A DNA stretch of 54,223 nucleotides from Octopus bimaculoides (taxonomy: Eukaryota): contig NC_068982.1 in the NCBI RefSeq assembly GCF_001194135.2, positions 33,295,821-33,350,043 on the forward strand, given 5' to 3'. The notes beneath the pieces were generated by a model that was not told where the DNA came from, did not search any database, and saw only the letters and a program-made list of their open reading frames with translations. Of this stretch, positions 24,685 to 36,600 are shown one piece after another. Position numbers and translations under genes: made by a program. Each line of letters starts with the position of its first letter. The stretch's first letter is position 1.

Positions 24685-27600
24685 TCCACATCACTGCTTG
24701 ACAACTGATGCTGGTGTGAAATATGACCCCATTACTTAGTGGTTCACCAAAAGGAACTGATAGAATAAGTACTAGGCTCAAAACATAAGTCCAGGGGTTG
24801 ATTGTTCGACTAAAACCCTTCAAGCCAGTGCTCCAGCATGGCAACAGTGAAATGACTGAAACAAGTAAAAGAATAAAAGAATAAAAAAAGAATTAAATAA
24901 ATTTACCATCTCGAGGACATTGGCTCACAGCATAACTTAAATGATTTATCCACGATTTCATGTCTTCTGTAGATTTACAAACCAGTTCATACATTTCAGG
25001 TGCTGTTTGTCTTTTCGAGATCAAATAGATGCCTTTGCAGTCTTTGGTATCTCCCTTTTCTCTAACAAGCAGTTCATATAATGGAATTACACAAGACTGA
25101 AATACAAGAAGTTAATATTTAATGAAACGGATTTTGAAATATTAAAAAAAAAGTTGAATGAAAATGTGTACCAAATCGACAAAAAACAAAACAAAAGGGT
25201 CTCTTTTTTTTTTTTAAGAATAATTCACCCATCTATTTATATAGCTATTGATCTATCTACCTTCCTTTCTGTTGATTTATGTATCTGACTTCTCTGACAA
25301 AACGAATGAGCATTTAACCCTAATAAAGAATAAAATACAAAATGGATAACGAGTGCCTCAGCATGGCCACAGCCTTTGAACTAGAACATGTAAAAGAATG
25401 AAAGGATAACATCCATAGCTATTTGCTGAGGTTATTTCACTTTAATACAGTGGGTGTCCATATGCTTACATCAGAGTCAAGTCTAAAGGCACAATGGATT
25501 GAGTGGCATATTGCTCTGTAAGAGTTTTATCAGTTGTTTTATCATGTCATCTGCTCTATAAAATGCATAAAACAAACTATATACAACTTGCAAATATATA
25601 CAATTTAGAATGCTTAATGATATTACAAGAAGAGAAAGGTATTATGTGTTTTGTGTTACCATACAAGGCATGGATGTGTAAGAACCCTTTAATAGTCACA
25701 AACTTTTTTTGTTGGCACTCCGTCACTTACGACGTCGAGGGTTCCTGTTGATCCGATCAACGGAACAGCCTGCTCGTGAAATTAACGTGCAAGTGACTGA
25801 GCACTCCACAGACATGTGTACCCTTAACGTAGTTCTCAGGGATATTCAGCGTGACACAGTGTGACAAGGCTGACCCTTTGAATTACAGGCACAACAGAAA
25901 CAGGAAGTAAGAGTGAGAGAAAGTTGTGGTGGAAGAGTACAGCAGGGTTCGCCACCATCCCCTGCCGGAGCCTCGTGGAGCTTTAGGTGTTTTCGCTCAA
26001 TAAACACTCACAACGCCCGGTCTGGGAATCGAAACCGCGATCCTATAACCGCGAGTCCGCTGCCCTAACCACTGGGCCATTGTGCCTCCACAGTCACAAA
26101 CTAAAGTCTTATAAATTCAGTTTTTTTTATTTCTGTGAGTTCTTAGATCAAATGATAGAACAACCTGCCATTTTAGATATCAAGTATACCCGATACTTAG
26201 TTTGCAGTTTGTTGCAGTGATGTGACAAGATTAAAAATAATACCATGAGGTTTGAAGAGAAACAAAGAATAGAGTGAAAGACAAACCTTGTTATCTTGCA
26301 TTGTGAAAGTATATTTTTGATTATTTTCTTGCATAAGAACAATGAGATCAGTTAATACCAGAGCTGTTACATCTGAAAATATATTAATATATAACAAAGT
26401 TAGACCAGAGAAGGTTTTATACAACATAATATAATCAAACTGCATTCCAATATGTTATATACAGTTTATATAATCCCCATTTTTATAACAAATACATCAT
26501 TTGTTTTAAATTTTTTTATTTTAACCCCTTTAAGAACAGGGTAACCAAAATTTACTAACTAGAGATATTGGATAACATATTCCTTAAGAAAATAAGCACA
26601 ATTGGAGATCTTAACTATTAGGTTTGAAGATCAATAATCAATAGGAGTTGGGCTTGTAGCTCCTATAAATTACCAATTGTAACAAGCTTTGCTACAGCCA
26701 TGACCAACATCTTCACCACTATGATGCCATTTGCTACTGTTGCCTGCTAGCACCATGTTCTCACCATAACTACTGCCAAAATATACACAACCACCACCAT
26801 TGTGGATAGTGAAGTTGACTACCACTGCTGCCAACCCACAGCTGCTACCCACCCACTGTGAGCTCTACAGTCACCAGCAACACCATTTTTAGAGAACTGT
26901 GGCTGCTATCACATTTGCTGAACAAACCAAGGTCACTGGCCAGACAGTAATCTGGATGGCAAGGTTTACATAGGCCCACATTTGAAAACCATGTACTTTG
27001 TGCAAGAAATATATAAAGGTTACTCAATGTTGCTTTTTGCATTGTTAGAAGCTCTTCTTTTTTTGTTACTTTACTACTATTGTGTCAATGGTTTATTAAT
27101 TTGTATTACATGTATTTTTTTGTTACTTTACTACTATTGTGTCAATGGTTTATTAATTTGTATTACATGTACTTGGAACCATAAAATAGCTAAAACTGAA
27201 AACAATCTTTAATTATCAACACAATTTTTCAAAATGATATCTGGAATATAAAAATATAGTCAGAAGATAAGTAGTCTTCTATTTTATCCCTCAAAATCCT
27301 GAATTCAAATCCTTTTTGAAAAGAGCAGTAGTCAAATACAAGGGCTGATTGAAATAACTTTGCTTTTTGCCAAAATTTGTGACATTGGGCTAATAATGTA
27401 AATATTGTTAGCACAATAATGTATAATAATGTATAATGAACATATTGCAGTACAGTGCTCAGGTGCACTACAACTCATCAGAAAAAGTAACCAAAACTGC
27501 ATGAACTACACAGAATATGCACAGGAAGCGAACAGTAAAATAGCCTTTAAAAAAAAAAATTTTCAAGAAAGAAGAAATGGGGGGTGGGGATAGGGGCACC

Positions 27601-30600
27601 AGATGTACTGTTGGCAAATTTTAAGAAGCACAGAAGTTTTGAACGATGTTGTGTCTCAACTGCTAACTACTGATGCAGGAAGCTTAAGAAACCAACTTCA
27701 TGATATGATTTCATTTCTGATTTTAGTGATTCTATTTTCTTTATATTATTAATAATATCTTCTAAAAAAGGCACGAATCACACTCACTCTTCCTTCTCAA
27801 GGGCATTGTACTTATGTAAGAAACCAGGTTGTTTTGGTAAGAGCCACAACTCTGCTTTGCTCACATCAGTATTTAATTGTTTACTTTCAAAAACTCAACA
27901 ACATGGACAAAACTTTGTCTTTTTAACCAGTGTAGGCAGTCCTCAAGATTTGTCAGTTCAAATTCTGTATCCTTCAAACTTTCAAAGAGCATTAAAATCA
28001 AATCTACAAATCATAAGGACACTATGCACAACAATTTTTTAAAATATAAAATTAGTTTATCATCATCATCATTTAACATCCACTTTTCCATGTTTGCACA
28101 GGTCAGACAGAATTTGTTCAGGTAGCTTTTCTATGCCCTTCTTGCCATCAAACTTTGCATGTTTCCAAGTAAGGTAATACTTTCCGGTGACCTGATATGT
28201 TTTCGCAAAAAAATTGAAAATGAAGAACACTTGCATGATGGTGACACTCATTTACAGCTCTCATGTTATGTCAAGGCAAGGAGACAGTAACACACACACA
28301 CATATATACACATGATAACTATCTCAGTTTCCATCTACCAAACCTACTCACAAGAGAATGGTTGGTCTGGGTTTATTTATAGTAGATGACACACACATGT
28401 AACAAAGACCAATAACAGAATAATCTTAATTATTTACTAATTTTAATATTTTTATGACTTAGTGGTTAAAGCGCCGGGCATGAAGACATATGGCTCAGTA
28501 GTTAGAGCGTTGGGCGTGAAGGCACATGGCTCAGTGGTTAGAGCATTGAGCTCACAATCATGAGGTAGTGAGTTCAATTCCCAGACTGAGCTGTGTTGTG
28601 TTCTTGAGTAAGACACTTTATTTTATATTGCTCCAGTTCACTCAGCTGCAGAAATGAGTTGCAATGTCACAGGTGCCAAGCTGTATCAGCATTTGTCTTT
28701 CCATTGAATAAGATCAGTGTTGAGAGGGGAGGCTGTTATGCATGGGCGACCGCTGGTCTTCCATAAACAACTTTGCTTGGACTTGTGCAGTGGAAGAGAA
28801 CTTTCTAGGGTGCAATCCCATGGTCATTCATGAATGAAGGGGGGGGGCCTTTACAAAATGCCAAAGAGAAAAGTGTTTCATAAGAATAAAAGTCCCTTAC
28901 CAGTTACTTTACCACGTGATGTTTTCCAACCAATCTCACCCTCATGAATTAACTTTCGACAATTAGCACTTAAATCAAACCTCTGCAAATAGAAAATGAA
29001 AGATTAAGTGGACTACAAACCATAATAATATGTATTCAATGATTACTAGACAAACCTGTTTACCTTAGTCTAACTAGCTATGTGTCACAGCCCTACCTCA
29101 GAATCAAAATATTTTCCAAAAAAGAAGACTACAAGTATAAAAATACTTGCAGCAATAATTCATGTAAAAATATTTAAATTAACAGAAATCATCCTACATA
29201 TGTTAAGCGTTTAAATTAAAGACTGAATTTACATAAAAAGTAAATAAATAAACACATTTTTAAAAATCAACATTGTCATCATCAATATTAAACGTCCTTT
29301 TTGCTATGCTTACACAGGTCAGACTGAATCTATTCAGACAGCTCTTTTTTTTTTTTTTTTCTGGCTGCATGTCATTACTGTCACCAACGCTTACCTGTTT
29401 CCAGCTACGCTAATATTTCCTCCATGGGCAGACATTCTTTTACAGAAGACTGGAGATGAACAACATCACTAGAATGACAGTGATATTCCTTTACAACCAT
29501 GATTTGATGTCAAGACAAGGGTGTGTATATATATGCACACACACACACACATGCATATATGCATGGCAGGCTTCTAGTTACCATCTACGAAACCCACTCA
29601 CAAGGCTTTGGTCAACTTGAGGCTGTAGCAGAAAACACATGCCCTAGGTGCTGCACAGTGGAACTGAAACAGAGACCACATCACTGGAAAGCAAGCTTCT
29701 GAACCACACAGCCTTGACTGTGCCTAATATATAAAATCATCATCATCACCATCATCATTTAATGACCATTTTCTACGCTGGCATAGGTTAGATAACTTGA
29801 CAAGAGCTGGTAAAGCCAGGGGTCACTCCAAGTTCTATAGTCTGTTTTGGCTTGGTTTCTACAGCTAGTTGCCCTTCCTAAAGCTAACCACTTAACAGAG
29901 TATACCGGGTGCTTTTTACATAGCAGCTTTGTTTTAGGATATCAATTCTGTTGTGGTGGGCAGGTCTTCTTAACCAATAAAAAGCATTGAATTACCTTAA
30001 ATTTTCTTCCTCGATATGACACAGAAGAACGGGGTTCAATCCGTTGTATAATTTCTTCAAGGTGTTGTGCACATTCATATTCTTCAACTTGAGAATTCAC
30101 ATTCGTTAAAATATCTTTGATATGTTCTAAAGCTAGAAGCAAATTATCACGGTCCTTTTTATCTAAAAAATAAAATTTACGTAATTGGTTAACTCAAGGA
30201 ATAACTGTTCATTAAAACATTTTTTCTTTTTGTTTTCTTCAATAAAATTCATTTACCAAAATAGTTCACATCAACCATGCTGCTCTCCATGATTTCAACA
30301 TAACCCTAGCTCACGTGGTTACATGCTAATTAACCCATCAGCATTTAACCCTTTCGCATTCAGATTACTCAGTCAAGTGTAAAGTTTATTCATTCACATT
30401 GGTTTGAAGTAATCATATATGGTCTCACAGTTTTGGGATTTTGATGATGTGGTAACATACTTTTAGAATGACATCATACGGTAGGTGTGAGAGACTTAAT
30501 CTGGCTGGTTTCAACATAAAACAGGTAGAATATTTGGGCCAGACATGGCCAGTTTGAATATTTAAGCGTTAAACAGCCTATATCTGACCCAAATATTCTA

Positions 30601-33600
30601 CCTATTTTATGTTCAAACAAGTTAGATCCAGTCTTTTACACCTACCCTATGATATCATTCTAAAAAAACATCACATCATAATTTTAAAGCTGTGAGATAA
30701 TACATGATGAATTCAAAAGAATTTAAATAAGTAAAGGCTACATTTGACAAGAGTAATCCAAATGCCAGAGGGTTAAACCATAGCTGAGACCCTGACAGAT
30801 GCTACTACTCCAAGTCAGAGGAGACCTGGGAAAAACAGTGCTAAGAGATGGTGCCACATTCCTCAAAAGTTTGGAACCCCAGATCCAGTGCCCCACTACT
30901 GGTTATTAACTCTATAAATTTCCAATACGACATACAAGCTGTCACACATAAATATCTTAGACAATTATCATCATCATCATCATCATTTAAGGTCCACTTT
31001 CCATACTGGCATAGATTAGATGGTTTGACTGGAACTGGTAAGCCAAGAGTGTAATGGTTCCATTAACATGCCACCAGCATGGCAACAGCCATGATTACGA
31101 TTTCACAGGTGCCATTTACATGACACTGGCAACGGCCACCACAATGATTTCATTTGGCTTGACAAGTCTTCTCAAGCACAGCATATTGCCAAAGGTCTTG
31201 GTTACTTGTCACCACCATCATGATGCCTGACATTCAAAGATCATGCTACTGGCAACAAACTGATATGCAAAGAATCAATCACCAACACACCACAACTTCT
31301 ACTCCACAAATGTATTGCTTCCATATAGTCTATACTAACACTGTGGAGGCGCAATGGCCCAGTGGTTAGGGCAGCGGACTCGCGGTCATAAGATCGCGAC
31401 TTCGATTGTGAGTGTTTATTGAGCGAAAACACCTAAAGCTCCACGAGGCTCTGGCAGGGGATGGTGGCGAACCCTGCTGTACTCTTTCACCACAACTTTC
31501 TCTCACTCTTACTTCCTGAGTTTCTGTTGTGCCTGTAATTCAAAGGGTCAGCCTTGTCACACTGTGTCACACTGAATATGCCAGAGAACTACGTTAAGGG
31601 TACACGTGTCTGTGGAGTACTCAGCCACTTGCATGTTAATTTCATGAGCAGGCTGTTCCATTGATCAGATCAACTGGAACACTCGACGTCGTAAGCGACG
31701 GAGTGCCAACATACTAACACTACTACAATAGGTTTTACTCCACAAATCTAGCTACTTGCATATCACATTCACACAAACCCATTTCTTTCCCTTTCCTCTA
31801 ATCCAGTGTTTCCCAACCTATTTTTCCCCAGGCCCCACTATAACTTTCCAGAAAAATGTATGCCCCACTGGTAGCATACATACAAAAGATTGATAATTTA
31901 TCAACTTTTCATAATTATATGCTTTCCTTAAAAAAATATCCACACTAGGACATTAGAATAACACTATAGAGTAGTGAACAGTCTTCACACAGTGTGCTTG
32001 GCTCGAAGGATTAGTTTGGCTAGGTTAAGCACAGGTGTAGCATGTTTGTTGTGAACAAAAAAAGATTATCACAAGTCCATGTCCCATCAAAAAAAAGAAT
32101 AAAAATTTGGATCTCACACCCCCACCACAATTTTCCCAGGATCCACCAGTGGGCTGTATGCCCCACGTTGGGAAAAGCACTGTTCTAATCACTTGTACTG
32201 CACACCATCTTTCATCACCCCCAATCAAACCCAACACTTAGCACCATATTTAATCCTTTCCTCACGAAATGTCAGCCTGCCTAAATACCCTTTCTGCCCA
32301 TGTTTTTCTCCTGCAGATGTCAACTTTCAGATGTTGGAACTATATAAGAACCAGCAATATCAATCTCCCCAGTCTCAGGGAATGTGCCACTGTTCATAAG
32401 GACTGTCTCTTCGAACCAGTTCTCTGCACCATACTGTGCTTCCACCTATCTCTGTATGTACAAAAATTAAAACAATTGAAACTACATTGACCAATTAAAT
32501 CATCATCATCATTTTCATTTTTCTGTGCTTGCATGGAATCACCAACCCTCATGTTTCCAAGCAAAGTAATATTTCCCTCATAGCCAGACATGTTCTCAAG
32601 GAATTTTAGAAGTGAATAATACTGCTTGTTTGACAATGAAAATCATTTACAAATGTAACATGCTGTCAAGACAAGGAAACACACACACACACACAAATGA
32701 TAGGCTTCTTTAACCTGTCTACCAAATCCATTCACAAAGCTTTGGTTAACCCAGGGCTATAATAGAAGACACTCACCCAAGGTGCCTTGTTGTGAGCATA
32801 TGGTTGGGAAGCAAACTTCTTACCAAACTGCCATGCGCATGTCTACATTAAACTATATAACCTCAATCTAAAAATTACAAACCACAGAACGCAATAATAC
32901 CAAGTGAAAAATCAATAAAACTTTAACAAATACTTTGCCACTTAGTCATTCAGTTGGTCAATAATTCAGATAAAATTACACCAAGCCAACACCATATAAA
33001 ATCAACGCAAAATAATTTGTTATAAAATGAAATATCTACCTTTTGTGTGTTTAACAATACTTTCAATCATTGTTGGGTATTTTGTGAGACGATGAGTAAC
33101 AATGAGAAGAAAATCAGGAATTTCTCGTTTTGCAAACAAACTATTACTTGACCATCGCTGCAAATAACATAAATGTTAAAAATAAGTAATAAAATCAGTA
33201 AAATGGTTGGAAAAATGAAGGGCATCCAGCTACTGAAATCAGGACAAATGATGCATGCAAGAACCAATTTATGACAGCAATGGCTCCCAAGAGACGACCA
33301 GGACTGTGACGACCCACCCAACACATGCCAGCATGGAAAGCAGATTTTCTATGCCTGGATGCCTTCCCGGTTGTCAACAAGTAATTTTTTTCAAGCAAAG
33401 TATAGCTGGAAATATTTTCACAAAAGACTTAGACCAAAGGACAGTGCTTTTATGACTGACACAACCACACACATATTAAGACAACAAAACACATGCAAGA
33501 TGGGTTTCTCACAGTTTCTGTCAACCAAATCCACTCACAAAACCTGTGTCAGTACGCAGTTACATTAGAAGACACATGCACAAGGTACTACACAGTGAGA

Positions 33601-36600
33601 CAGTGGGAATGAACCTAAAATCATATGTTTGGCAAGTGAGCTTCTTAATCATAAGCCATAGCTGTTCCTATGTCTTTTAATGTGGTGTTGTTGTTGTTGT
33701 GGAGGAGGAGGAGGAGGAGGAGAGAGAAACAATAAGAGAAGTCAGTACTATTCTGACTACCTTATGATATGCAATTTGGTGCATCATAATCTAAGTTCAA
33801 ATTTTTTTTATTATTCTTTTAGGTGCCCCTCTCCCAACAAAGCTAATACTTCTAAGTTGTAGAGACAAGGTATATCAGAGCATGAGTTTAAAAATAGCTT
33901 AGATCATATGGCTTTTGATGTGAAATATACATGTCGAGTAACATTAGGGACGCCAAAAGAATACACCCAATACTTAAGAAATTAACTTCCAGTTATCAAC
34001 CCTTATGAGGTATCCCCCATGACAAGAAGAAGGAAAATTAAGAAACAAAGGACACTGCTTGCATGACAATTTAGGCATTCTAGAAAATAAAATAACCATT
34101 ATTTGTAGTTTCTAATATAACAAAACTGGGTAAAACTATTATCTCTTCTTTCTATTAGATCTAAATAACATTTTCAAATCAATGTAATATGTGAAAAGAA
34201 TTTATGGAAAAGCGGTCTTTAGACTTACCTTAACAAGAGACAGAACTCTGCGATCAGTTATCAAATCTTTGTAGACATTAGCAGATTCTTTATGATGTGA
34301 ACAAAAGTAGCCATAAGCATTTTTAATCCTCTCACTACTTTCTCCATCAAACTGTTAAAAGGCAAGTAAAAAAAAATTAATTATTTCAATGCATTTATCA
34401 TTTTTAATATAAACAGTAAGATGATATAACTGACCTAATAATTAGCTAGCCACTATGATAAAACTAATTACAGAAATCTGTTATAATTTTGCCATGTCCA
34501 ATCAAGTGGAGGAATATATACACCACAGAATCCAAGAAACCAGCCTTATGGCTCAGGAAGGATCTTCATCTTTTTTTGATGATAATTTTATAAAGTTTCT
34601 CAGTAATCATACAATATTTCTTGTGTGTCTAATCAATTTCAATTCTAATATGCTTTATTTTGCTTATTCCATTTTATGTCTGTTTTTCTATGCTAGCATT
34701 GATAAGATGTCTATATAATGGAAATACTGCTTTCCAACTGGATGCCCTTCCTGTCACAAACCTATTTTATCAAGTTAGGAATCTGTTATTCACATATCTT
34801 TGAGGGCATCAGCAGTGTTGTTATTGTCAGTTATCCTAGTGTCAAGAGAACAGACAACACTGCTCATAGCAAGCAACTTTCACAGAGCATGGATTTAAAC
34901 ATACACACACTTACAGCCATGACAGGCTTTTTCCAGTTTCCATCATCCAAATTTACACAAGGCTTTAGTCAGCCTGGGGCTTAGGGAGAAGTCACTTGCC
35001 CAAGGTGCTACATAATAGGACTGAATTTGAAATTACGACACAGTGGTGCTGATGACTACTGTTCACTTACAAAGTTTTTGTAGGATATCATCATCATCAT
35101 CATCATCATTTAACGTCCGCTTTCCATGCTAGCATGGGTTGGACGATTTGACTGAGGACTGGTGGAGCCCAAAGGCTACACCAGGCTCCAATCTGATTTG
35201 GCAGAATTTCTACAGCTGGATGCCCTTCCTAATATATATATATGTATATATATGAAGTTTTCTTATTTTATGCTCACCTACTATTATCAACTCCTATGCT
35301 TTCAGTTGATGTCAAGAAACTGAAACATTTTCATAGTTTTTTTATTTAATATTTTTGTTTATAGTTTAGTAAATTTATTCCTATTAAAATTAGCGACATT
35401 ACAAAGAAATTGAGCCGATAACCTGAGGAGATACAGACTAGCTGAATAAAATATCTTTCACATAGCTAAAATGTAACCAGTACATAGACCAGTACATCAG
35501 TGATTGATTGCAAATTAATTGTCTGGCTTTAAGTCTTCCATTTCATAAATTCTTGGCAGAACCAAAAAGTTATGTGCTTTACCTTCATTCCTTCTAATCA
35601 CTTCTGTAATAAACAATAATTGAAAGCAACTGGCAACTCACCTGATCAATTAAGGTCTTCCCAATCTCGTCAATAATATTGTCTTTATTCTGAGACTGAA
35701 GATGCTGTAAGTTGTTAAAGAAAGACACATGAATGGCAAGGAGCTCTTCCAAACATGGAAACATCATATTGAGACACTCTTGAGACACTCCCGCTTCAGT
35801 GAAAAGACGCTTAAAGATAATCTACAATAATAATAACAACAAAAGAACAATCAACATCAAATTAATTCAAATCAAAAGAAAATACATAAAGCCACAAGAC
35901 ACACAGATTAACACATTCAGACACAGATTAACACATTCATTAAACTAATCATCATCCTCATTTCACTTCCACTTTTTCATTCTTGCATAATTTGCTGAGA
36001 CAGATTTTCTATGGTCAGATGCTTTTCCTGTTGTTAATTCATTTGTTTCCGAGCTAGACATGTTTTCTATAGAAGACTAGAAATGAACAACCTTATTTAT
36101 GTTCATTACATGACATCTGCACATGACAAATAGGCTTCTTTCAGTTTCTATCTACCAAATCTATTCACAAAGCTTTAGTCAACCTAGGGCTATGGTAGAA
36201 GACACTTCCTTAAGATGTGCCTAGAGACTGAATCCAAAAGCTACATGGTTTGGAAGCAAGCTGCTTAACTACACACCACACCACACCTGCACATATTCAA
36301 TAAACTAGTGCATTGTACTATTCATATCTTTATCATTATTCAGTTCTAGAATTAAAATTCTTCCAACTGTTTTTTGCACTTTCCTTTGCATATTTATACT
36401 GCTTCAATTTACAGTCGCCATTTCTTTGTGTTTCTTCCAGATCAGACCATGTTGATTGATCTATACTACATTCATGCTTACTCATAAAAATATTCTTTTA
36501 TATTGGAATCCTAACAGAGTTTCAATTTCTAGATTTTAATTCATTTTCCCATTGTAACTGAATTAATAAGCTCAATTAATTAAGAATCAGAGAACCTACC

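Noticed and set aside
24396-24844. ORFs with HTHTHT or CVCV repeats (also 46111, 47745, 51956)
   Set aside because: Microsatellites inside SINEs, not proteins
26690-26960. GC-richer stretch with short ORFs on both strands
   Set aside because: Decayed CCA/CTG trinucleotide low complexity without usable splice phases
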